Origin: an uncultured Candidatus Saccharibacteria bacterium
GTDB lineage: Bacteria > Patescibacteriota > Minisyncoccia > Phycocordibacterales > PALSA-1337
Reading direction: 5' to 3'
Assembly (NCBI GenBank): GCA_964565685.1
Contig: CAZMFR010000004.1
Coordinates: forward strand, 5,077 to 69,076
Length of the DNA stretch: 64,000 nucleotides
Shown: piece after piece, positions 19,098 to 26,796 of the stretch
How the letters are laid out: each line of letters begins with the position of its first letter
Numbering within the stretch: position 1 is the first letter of the stretch
Position numbers and translations under genes: made by a program
Notes under the pieces: model-generated
Told to the model about the DNA's origin: nothing
The model's input: only the letters and a program-made list of their open reading frames with translations
Database searches by the model: none

Positions 19098-19364
19098 TCA
19101 TACTATCGACAGATTGAAGACGGTTCGATTGGCAAGACGGTGGTCGCATCGAACGCCTTGTACTTCGACTCCTTGCCCCATGAAGTTACTGGTCAAGCTG
19201 TGGATCTGATTCTCGATGATCTTTTTCATATCGTATTCCTTGATGATCTTTTTCATATCGTATTCCTTGCCGTTCCAATTTGCCTTGCGATAGAGGTGAT
19301 ACATGACTGTCTTGACGACGAGTGCCTTGCTTTCGGCGGAAAGCTGATATCGTCCCTTCCCCAC
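19098..19364 (-). CDS. hypothetical protein or gene remnant with an in-frame 27-bp tandem duplication
   Basis: KEYDMKKII twice; DNA unit GATGATCTTTTTCATATCGTATTCCTT at 19215-19268. Confidence 0.45.
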   Translation of the reverse strand: MGKGRYQLSAESKALVVKTVMYHLYRKANWNGKEYDMKKIIKEYDMKKIIENQIHSLTSNFMGQGVEVQGVRCDHRLANRTVFNLSIV

Positions 19365-19519
19365 TCTCTCTCAAAATACTTTTGCTTGTTGATTTCCTTG
19401 CTGATGAATAGAGGAAACGCCACGTATCGATAAGTGGGTCGGTGGTCATGGTATGTATAAATTATCCATTGCTAAACAGACGTCATATCAATGTAACGTT
19501 ATGTCTAATATGTCAAATG

Positions 19520-19591
19520 TGCCCCCGAGAGGAATCGAACCTCTATTGCAAGATCCGCAATCTTGCGTCCTATCCGTTGAACGACGAGGGC
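19520..19591 (-). tRNA. tRNA-Arg(GCG)
   Basis: GCCCTCGTCGTTCAACGGATAGGAC, CAAGA TT GCG GA TCTTG, GGTTCGATTCC TCTCGGGGGCA. Confidence 0.93.
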
Positions 19592-19664
19592 GTAAAAATG
19601 TAAAATGCAAAACTAAGAATAGGTGCAGAAACAATTAATTTCACGTTTCAAAACTTTTGGTTCG

Positions 19665-19937
19665 CTATTTAACGCTTTCTATTTTCCGTAGCGCTTTCAT
19701 TATGCGAGATTTTCTACGGGAGGCCGTGTTGGCCTTTATGGCGCCGGTCTTGGCGGCTTTGTCGAGAGCTTTGTAGAGAGTTGGCATAAGGGCCTTCGCT
19801 TCGTTGGTCTTTTTTGCGACAATCAGCTTCTTGAATTGACGCACAGATGTCTCGATAGCAGTCTGTCGGCGCAAGTTAAAAACATGCTTCCTCTTTCCAG
19901 CACGCAATGCTTTTTTTGCTGATGAAGTTATGGCCAT
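19665..19937 (-). CDS. rpsT: 30S ribosomal protein S20
   Basis: MAITSSAKKALR, LDKAAK, NTASRRKSRI. Confidence 0.95.
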   Translation of the reverse strand: MAITSSAKKALRAGKRKHVFNLRRQTAIETSVRQFKKLIVAKKTNEAKALMPTLYKALDKAAKTGAIKANTASRRKSRIMKALRKIESVK

Positions 19938-20209
19938 ATATTTGTAAGAAAGAGAATAGCATAAGGGAAAATAAAAGTAAAGAAAATGAATAACCCCACC
20001 CATCTTTTCACTTTTCTGGTGATCGATTCAATTAATGCTCGAAAGCAATCAGTGCTTCAAGCGGTGCCAGTTTGTTCTCGAAAGCACAGTATGCTCTTTT
20101 GGTGTTGTAGAAGGTCAAATATTCCTTCAGCTTTCATTGAACTTGGTCGTCTATTGGATCAATCCGGTTAACTATAAATTAGGTCAATTTTAATGTTATA
20201 ATCGCTACT

Positions 20210-20785
20210 ATGATCGCCAAAATAACAGGAGTCGTCTATGAAATAGCAGGTCGATACGTCATAATCGATGTCAACGGCGTCGGCTACAAGATATTCGCTA
20301 CTGACGACACTCTGCGCCGTCTGAAAAAAGGAGGCACAACTTCTCTCTTGACATATCTCGTCGTGCGCGAAGACGCTCTGGATCTATACGGCTTTCTTGA
20401 AAAAAAAGACAAAGAATTTTTTGAGCTGTTGATCGGTGTGTCCGGCATCGGCCCAAAAAGCGCCATCAATATCCTGACTTTGGTTTCGGCAGACACGCTT
20501 GTCTCTTCGATAAGGACCGGCTCGGTTGCGCATCTGGTCAAAATTTCCGGTATAGGCAAGAAAACCGCCGAAAAAATAGTCCTGGAACTAAAAGACAAGC
20601 TCGGTGGAATGGAAAACAACAAAGATTTTGCCGCCGGCGTATCTAACGATGTCGACGCTATCATGGCCCTGCAAGTCCTCGGCTATGACGCTGACGAAGC
20701 GCGTGAAGCGCTGAAAAAGGTGAGCAAAGATGTTCTAGACATCGGTGATAAAGTAAAAGCGGCCTTGAAGGAGCTTGGCAAATAA
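20210..20785 (+). CDS. ruvA: Holliday junction branch migration protein RuvA
   Basis: DVNGVGY, VREDALDLYGF, VSGIGPK, GIGKKTAEKIVLELKDK. Confidence 0.97.
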   Translation: MIAKITGVVYEIAGRYVIIDVNGVGYKIFATDDTLRRLKKGGTTSLLTYLVVREDALDLYGFLEKKDKEFFELLIGVSGIGPKSAINILTLVSADTLVSSIRTGSVAHLVKISGIGKKTAEKIVLELKDKLGGMENNKDFAAGVSNDVDAIMALQVLGYDADEAREALKKVSKDVLDIGDKVKAALKELGK

Positions 20786-20786
20786 A

Positions 20787-21677
20787 ATGCCCGAACTTCC
20801 AGAAGTACAAACAACAGTGAACGGCTTGAACGAGCACATACTCGGCCTGAAGATCACAGATGTCTGGACGGATTACAACAGCAAATTCCAGAAAGGAAAA
20901 GATTCAGTGAAAGATCCGGTCTACTTTAAAATTTTTAAGAAGAAGATCGTCGGCAAGAAGATCATATCGGCTGGTCGACTTGCAAAAAATATTCTCATGA
21001 ACTTGGATAGCGGAGACGTCATTCTGATCCATATGAAGATGACCGGTCATCTTATGTATGGCGATTACGACCGTGCCGATCCCTTTAACCGCTTCATCCA
21101 CCTTGTTTTCACTTTCAACAACGGCAAGACCCTAGAGCTGTCCGATATGCGCAAATTCGCAAAGATCACGCTCATTCCAAGACTAGATCTTGAAAAAAGC
21201 ATCGGGGAGTCCTTGCATCTGGCTAATATAGGCCCAGACCCACTGGCCAAAAGTTTTACTTTTGCCCTGTTCAAAGAAATGCTCGGTCACAAACCGAATG
21301 GACGGGTCAAAAATACTTTGATGGATCAAAGCGTCATCGCCGGCGTTGGAAATATATATAGCGACGAGGCATTGTGGCTAGCTGGGTTGAATCCGGAAGA
21401 AAGAATAAAAGATATCCCTGATTCCTGCTTGAAAAGATTATATGTTGATTTGAAAAGCGTCCTTGAAAAAGGAATAGATTTCGGCGGCGATTCGATGTCT
21501 GATTACAGGAATATAGATGGCAAAAGAGGAAAATTCCAAGGCGAACATCGCGCGTATCGAAAAACCGGCGAGCATTGCTCGAAGCGCGGTTGCAAGGGGA
21601 TCATTTTGAGAAAAGTGGTCGGCGGCAGGAGCGCGCATTTTTGCAGTGTGCACCAGAAAATCCTTAAAAAACAGTAG
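20787..21677 (+). CDS. mutM: formamidopyrimidine-DNA glycosylase
   Basis: MPELPEV start, HMKMTG, DMRKF, GVGNIYSDE, C-terminal Zn finger. Confidence 0.96.
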   Translation: MPELPEVQTTVNGLNEHILGLKITDVWTDYNSKFQKGKDSVKDPVYFKIFKKKIVGKKIISAGRLAKNILMNLDSGDVILIHMKMTGHLMYGDYDRADPFNRFIHLVFTFNNGKTLELSDMRKFAKITLIPRLDLEKSIGESLHLANIGPDPLAKSFTFALFKEMLGHKPNGRVKNTLMDQSVIAGVGNIYSDEALWLAGLNPEERIKDIPDSCLKRLYVDLKSVLEKGIDFGGDSMSDYRNIDGKRGKFQGEHRAYRKTGEHCSKRGCKGIILRKVVGGRSAHFCSVHQKILKKQ

Positions 21678-21767
21678 CTTGGGTTTCGTAATGGAGTCGA
21701 CTGCCACCGAGACCGAGCGAGAGGGTTGGATGTCTGTTTTTGGCTATGCTGACAGCATGCATAAATT

Positions 21768-22259
21768 TCAATCGAACAATCTAAAGAGAAATACCCCAGC
21801 CGCCACCCCGACATTCAGCGATTCTTTCTTGCCCCTCATTGGAATTTCCGCAACGACATCTGCCAGATCGAGCAAGTCTTTTGAAACGCCATTGACTTCA
21901 TTACCGAGAATGACGAGGGTTTCCCCTTTGACTTTGATTTTTTTATAATCGACGGAATTCTTTGCCTGCTCGAGAGCGATAATTTTGGATCGTTCGCCTG
22001 TCGGCTGATTTTTTAATTTTTTTACCAGCTCCACAGCTCTCTCATCTCCTATATATTCCCAGACAACCAAATCTTCTGCACCGAGAGAGACTTTTGCGAA
22101 ATCCCGGCGCTTGCGACCGAAACGATCTATCGGCACAGGCGTCGTTCCTGCGCAATATATCTTTGAAATGCCAAGCGTTTCGGCTGTACGAAAAATAGAG
22201 CCGACATTATGGACGCTTCGGATATTGTCGAGGAGTAAAGAGATATTGCTGTTGCTCAT
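21768..22259 (-). CDS. TrmH/SpoU-family RNA methyltransferase
   Basis: LDNIRSVHNVGSIFRTA, GNEVNG, IPMRGKKESLNV. Confidence 0.93.
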   Translation of the reverse strand: MSNSNISLLLDNIRSVHNVGSIFRTAETLGISKIYCAGTTPVPIDRFGRKRRDFAKVSLGAEDLVVWEYIGDERAVELVKKLKNQPTGERSKIIALEQAKNSVDYKKIKVKGETLVILGNEVNGVSKDLLDLADVVAEIPMRGKKESLNVGVAAGVFLFRLFD

Positions 22260-22420
22260 AGATGTTTGATTGATTTACAAGATTTGTAGTCAAAAGCCGA
22301 GAACAGCGCGACTCGTCATTAGGGGCTCAGTGCTTTCGACTAATATTCTTTTAACGTTCAATCTTTCAATTTGTCATTGAGTACTATATAATGACTTTGT
22401 ACTAATAACCACACATTTCC

Positions 22421-22795
22421 ATGCATACCCTTTCGCTTTTTCCATATCTTCTGTCGTATCAACAGCTGTCGCCGTTCATAATACGCATCGTTCTCGGCGT
22501 GACTCTGGCCTATTTCGGCTATGACAAGATCCGCGATGGCGCCAAGAGTTCCGGCTCGAACAGCAAAATCTACGGTTGGGTCGAGATCATAGTCGCTATT
22601 TTTCTCATTATCGGTCTCTGGACACAGTTAGCCGCCATTCTAAACGCTGTCATACTTGTCATCAAAATCGGTTGGAAGATAAAAGAAAAGAAGTTCCTGA
22701 CTGACGGGGTCAATTACTATATCCTGCTTTTGGCCATGGCTATTTCGCTCGTTTTCACCGGTGCAGGATTCCTCGCAATTGACTATCCGCTATAA
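22421..22795 (+). CDS. DoxX-family membrane protein
   Basis: IRIVLG, E...LIIGLWTQLAA, FTGAGFLAID. Confidence 0.85.
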   Translation: MHTLSLFPYLLSYQQLSPFIIRIVLGVTLAYFGYDKIRDGAKSSGSNSKIYGWVEIIVAIFLIIGLWTQLAAILNAVILVIKIGWKIKEKKFLTDGVNYYILLLAMAISLVFTGAGFLAIDYPL

Positions 22796-22888
22796 AATGT
22801 TATGTTTAAAACGCAGCCGGCTATAAAATGACCCCTGGTTTGCTTGAAGTATTTTTGCATTTTGATTTTTAAATTTTTTACTTATATC

Positions 22889-22961
22889 GCGCCCATAGCT
22901 CAGCTGGTAGAGCAACTCCCTTTTAAGGAGTGGGTCGTTGGTTCGACTCCAACTGGGCGCA
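22889..22961 (+). tRNA. tRNA-Lys(TTT)
   Basis: GCGCCCATAGCTCAGCTGGTAGAGC, CT TTT AA loop, GGTTCGACTCC AACTGGGCGCA. Confidence 0.95.
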
Positions 22962-22962
22962 C

Positions 22963-23985
22963 ATGGAAAACAAAAGACTTGAATTGGTCATATTTTCAAC
23001 GCTCTTCATCGTTCTGTCGATTTTGGTCTTTTTTGTGTTTCGACCGTTCCTCAGCATCATAGTTCTAGCTGCGGTTTTGTCTATCCTATTGCATCCGTTG
23101 AATGAAAAGCTTGTAGGGTTTTTCCATGGAGAAAAAAGCGTTGTTGCTTGCCTTTTGGTCATAGTCGCGTTTTTCTTCTTGATAGTGCCGGTGATGTTCT
23201 TTGGATTTCAGCTGTTCGCCCAAGCGCAGAGCTTTTTCTCCTTGACCCAAGCAGACCAAGGTCAATATATGCAAGGTATACAACAGGGTGTGAACACATT
23301 GGTCCAGCATTTCATCCCCAGCTTCTCTTTCAATATCTCTGATTCTATAAATAGCGCCGTGGACTTTGTCTCCGGCAATTTGGGCAGTCTTCTTTCCCAG
23401 ACAGCATACATATTTTTTCAGGTATTTTTTCTGTTGATGGCTTTGTTCTTCTTCTTGCGAGACGGAAAGAAGATGCTGGACTCGATCTCCTCCCTGAGTC
23501 CATTCGAAAAAGAGCAAAATAGAGAAGTCATCGACTCGACTTCTCGAATGATCACCTCTGTCATACGAGGAACGCTGTTTGTCGGATTGATACGTTTGGT
23601 TTTGATAACGATAGCGTTCTATCTATTCGGCGTTCCGAACTCTCTATTGTGGGGCAGTATCGGTGGAGTGATCGCCATGGTTCCCGGCCTAGGCACGTTT
23701 TTTGTCATTGTCCCTGCCTGCTTATATCTATTGTTCTATGGCAATATACTTTCGGTCATCGGCATGGTTTTGTTCGGCATTCTGCTCTTCTTTTTCATCG
23801 ACAACCTGCTCTCCACGCATTTCTTCGGCAAGGGATTGCATGTTCAATCGCCGTTCATTCTCTTCTCTATCATCGGCGGCGTTATATTTTTCGGCCCTCT
23901 GGGGTTCATATTTGGGCCGATCATACTGTCGCTTTTTATATCGATGGTGAATATGTACAAGATCCTCGTGCTCAACAAGAAATAG
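22963..23985 (+). CDS. AI-2E (PerM/TqsA) family transporter
   Basis: multi-TM, FFFLRDG, DNLL, IGGVIFFGPLGFIFGP; start corrected to MENKR just after tRNA-Lys. Confidence 0.92.
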   Translation: MENKRLELVIFSTLFIVLSILVFFVFRPFLSIIVLAAVLSILLHPLNEKLVGFFHGEKSVVACLLVIVAFFFLIVPVMFFGFQLFAQAQSFFSLTQADQGQYMQGIQQGVNTLVQHFIPSFSFNISDSINSAVDFVSGNLGSLLSQTAYIFFQVFFLLMALFFFLRDGKKMLDSISSLSPFEKEQNREVIDSTSRMITSVIRGTLFVGLIRLVLITIAFYLFGVPNSLLWGSIGGVIAMVPGLGTFFVIVPACLYLLFYGNILSVIGMVLFGILLFFFIDNLLSTHFFGKGLHVQSPFILFSIIGGVIFFGPLGFIFGPIILSLFISMVNMYKILVLNKK

Positions 23986-24110
23986 CGCAACATTTATGGC
24001 TTTCCTCTCCATGTGCTAGACAAAATACTGACTACTAAGGAGATGCTCGTACAAAGAATGTGTGGCAATGTATATACATTTTAGACGTAGCTGTCTAATT
24101 TCTTGTGATT

Positions 24111-24845
24111 TCAAACGGTCAGAGTCAATTCTTCAAGGGAAAGAGAGATGTCAGACAACCCGCGCCGAGAATCGTGCGAAATATGTATGAGCTTGTTTAA
24201 AAGATCGTTCGATTCTTTCTCGGAAAAGTTATTCGCATAAGATCTTGCTTTATTAAAGCTAAAGTCCTTCATACCGGCTTCCTTTGCTGATTTTGTCGCA
24301 CGAGCCAAAGCGATCGATTTTGCTTGCCAAAAAAGCGTTCCTTGAATCTCTTCTGGCGATATCCCTTCGAGCAGGGCGCGACGATAGAGAACCCACAGGT
24401 TCTTGCGATCGCGCTTGCCCATTGCTTCAGCCAAAGAAAACACATTGAAACGCTCTTTTGATTTTGCGGCTGTCGTTTTTTGTGCGGCCGTTTCCACGAA
24501 TTCCTGCACTTTTTCCGCATGCTTTTCAAGCTTTTCCAAAGAATCCTTGTCCAGCTTGCCTTCTAGAATTATAAATATGTTCGGTGATGCCGCTATTACT
24601 TCTATTTGTTCAAGTAGAACTGGGACAATCTCTTCGTCATCCAGCAGATGATCTAGTACTATGATGAATTTATTCTCAAAGAGCCCTTGACCGCCACAGT
24701 ATTCTTGCAATTCTGCCTGGTTCCAATGCTCCGCATCCATTTTGAAATACGCCGCATCCGGCTTTTTTTTCTTCAGCGAATCCGCCAGCTCATGCATTTT
24801 AATCCTCGACTTGTCCGTGTCAGCGCCGTGGAGAAGGTAGATCAT
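24111..24845 (-). CDS. holA: DNA polymerase III delta subunit (compact)
   Basis: MIYLLHG, GQGLFE, FNVFSLAEA, C-terminal SLEELTL. Confidence 0.8.
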   Translation of the reverse strand: MIYLLHGADTDKSRIKMHELADSLKKKKPDAAYFKMDAEHWNQAELQEYCGGQGLFENKFIIVLDHLLDDEEIVPVLLEQIEVIAASPNIFIILEGKLDKDSLEKLEKHAEKVQEFVETAAQKTTAAKSKERFNVFSLAEAMGKRDRKNLWVLYRRALLEGISPEEIQGTLFWQAKSIALARATKSAKEAGMKDFSFNKARSYANNFSEKESNDLLNKLIHISHDSRRGLSDISLSLEELTLTV

Positions 24846-24850
24846 ATATG

Positions 24851-25183
24851 TTAAATGCTCAATAAAACAACTGAAACAAAACCAAAAGCAAGACCGATAC
24901 ACTGAACCAATGTTAGCTTTTCGCTAAAAGCCAGCACGCCAATGAGCACTGTCGCAGCCACGGAAACAATAGACCAAATAACACCCGTTGTTGAAAGTTG
25001 ACTTCTCTCAAAAATCGCCGGTAACCATGCAGTGGCACTTATCAAGTCGACAATTATAAACAAAACGAACAGAGTCCATCCTGGATTTAAAGCAAACTTT
25101 TTAGAAAGAAATTCGCCAAGTGCAAAAAAAATGGCCGATAAAGCTATCCATATCCAGAAAGTTATTGCTGTGAATATCTGCAT
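24851..25183 (-). CDS. SMR/DMT-superfamily 4-TM protein
   Basis: GEFLSK, IWS, GVLAFSEKLT..Q.IG. Confidence 0.75.
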   Translation of the reverse strand: MQIFTAITFWIWIALSAIFFALGEFLSKKFALNPGWTLFVLFIIVDLISATAWLPAIFERSQLSTTGVIWSIVSVAATVLIGVLAFSEKLTLVQCIGLAFGFVSVVLLSI

Positions 25184-25344
25184 GAATGAATTATATCAAC
25201 ATATTACCATTAAATTCGAGATCAATTTTCACCTTCGAATATAAAAACGTTCATAAAATGTTGATAAATCGCTTTTTACGGCTCGTATAAAGTATTTTGT
25301 AAAGTTACGCGGCTCACATTGAATTGATAAAATTATATGATTAT

Positions 25345-25875
25345 ATGAATACATTACCTGTAACGATTCCACAAGAAACCCTCATTAATCGGATATTTCT
25401 TATCCGTGGCAAGAAAGTCATGTTCGATCGGGATCTTGCTGAATTATATGGCGTTGAAACAAAAGTTCTCAATCAGGCGGTCAAGCGCAACATCGAGCGC
25501 TTCCCTGCAGACTTTATGTTTCAACTGAATTACCAAGAAACCAAAGTGTGGCAAGGATATCTTTCAAGGTCACAGTTTGTGACCTTGAAGAAAGGCAAAA
25601 ATATCAAGTATTCTCCAACAGTTTTCACCGAACAAGGCGTTGCTATGCTTTCAAGCGTTCTAAAGAGCGAGCGCGCTGTCCAAGTAAACATCCAGATCAT
25701 TCGCACATTCACCAAATTGCGCGAGATATTATCCGACAATAAAAAGCTTGCTGAGAAGCTAGAAGGACTCGAACAAAAATATGACAAGAAAATTGCCGAT
25801 ATTTTTACGGTCATAAAACATCTTGTCGTGGAAGAGATGAAGCCGAAAGAAAAGATGGGGTTTAATGTAAAGTAA
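25345..25875 (+). CDS. ORF6N-domain DNA-binding protein
   Basis: IRGKKVMFDRDLAELYGVETKVLNQAVKRN, FPADFMFQL, FTEQGVAMLSSVL. Confidence 0.93.
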   Translation: MNTLPVTIPQETLINRIFLIRGKKVMFDRDLAELYGVETKVLNQAVKRNIERFPADFMFQLNYQETKVWQGYLSRSQFVTLKKGKNIKYSPTVFTEQGVAMLSSVLKSERAVQVNIQIIRTFTKLREILSDNKKLAEKLEGLEQKYDKKIADIFTVIKHLVVEEMKPKEKMGFNVK

Positions 25876-25938
25876 AAAAGAAAACCCCCACAAGAAAGCT
25901 CGTGATGAGTTCTCTTGTGGGTGGTCGATTAAGACCAC

Positions 25939-26610
25939 TTAACTTGTGGCCGGAGCCTCAGTTGTGTCTGTCGCCTTATTTCCGTAATAGATCCCTTTAT
26001 CTTTCGGCAAAGGAAGCAGCTTTGTTAGAAGACCGAAACTAGACTCAAAAGCATGCCGATGAGGCCAAGAGGTTTTTTGGGGGTCAACGTTTGCCCACGG
26101 CTTACGCTCTGCCTCTGCTCTTTCGATTTCTTCTGCGGTCTTTACAGCCGCTGCCTTTTTCTTGAGACAAGCAGAAGCTTTTTCTTCGATATTATCTGCA
26201 TCTGTCCACTGTTCGATTGGTTTGCCGAGCACCTCTTCAAGCGCTGAAATAGCCGTAATAAAATGTTCTGCGTCTCCGAACATTGCGTTCCAGCTGGTGC
26301 CATCTTCGCTATCCCAGCAGGATATGACGTGAATAAACCATACGCCCACGAGAACGATCCAAATCCGCAGCCAAACACTGGGGTTGTCGCTGACGGTAAA
26401 CATGTGTGGTCTCCATATGGCCGTCATCGCGGCATAGAGCAGTATCGCAGCCATGTTTACTATTTTGAACCGACGATGGGACAGAAGATGTATCGCGCTT
26501 TCTACAGGATTGCCTTTGTTGTTTTGCTTTGCCCAGTAAATGGACAGTTTTGCAAGAAAATGGTTCGGATCCTTATCGTGAGCCATCTGTACTAACTTTT
26601 TAATGTTCAT
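25939..26610 (-). CDS. hypothetical 2-TM protein (accessory) with its own promoter and long leader
   Basis: 223-aa ORF; TTGACA...TATAAT at about 26764-26735; hairpin at about 25884-25923. Confidence 0.7.
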   Translation of the reverse strand: MNIKKLVQMAHDKDPNHFLAKLSIYWAKQNNKGNPVESAIHLLSHRRFKIVNMAAILLYAAMTAIWRPHMFTVSDNPSVWLRIWIVLVGVWFIHVISCWDSEDGTSWNAMFGDAEHFITAISALEEVLGKPIEQWTDADNIEEKASACLKKKAAAVKTAEEIERAEAERKPWANVDPQKTSWPHRHAFESSFGLLTKLLPLPKDKGIYYGNKATDTTEAPATS

Positions 26611-26796
26611 TTTTCTACCTTATCTTTCTTTCCCCATTCATAACCAACGGCGTCTGTGCATTCGCAGAGGTTTCAGCCCCTTTGAACTTTCGTCAATTCA
26701 GATAGGTTAAGGGGAATCTCACTATCTGCCGAGAATTATATACCACAAGATTGCATATTGTCAAACAAAACTCAAAAACTTTATTTTAAGCCATTT

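Noticed and set aside
24829-24856. XerD-arm-like ATATGTTAAAT
   Set aside because: Formed by the stop/start junction of two genes; no left arm
25345-25875. Prophage signalled by the ORF6N gene
   Set aside because: Solitary gene with no structural, terminase or integrase genes nearby
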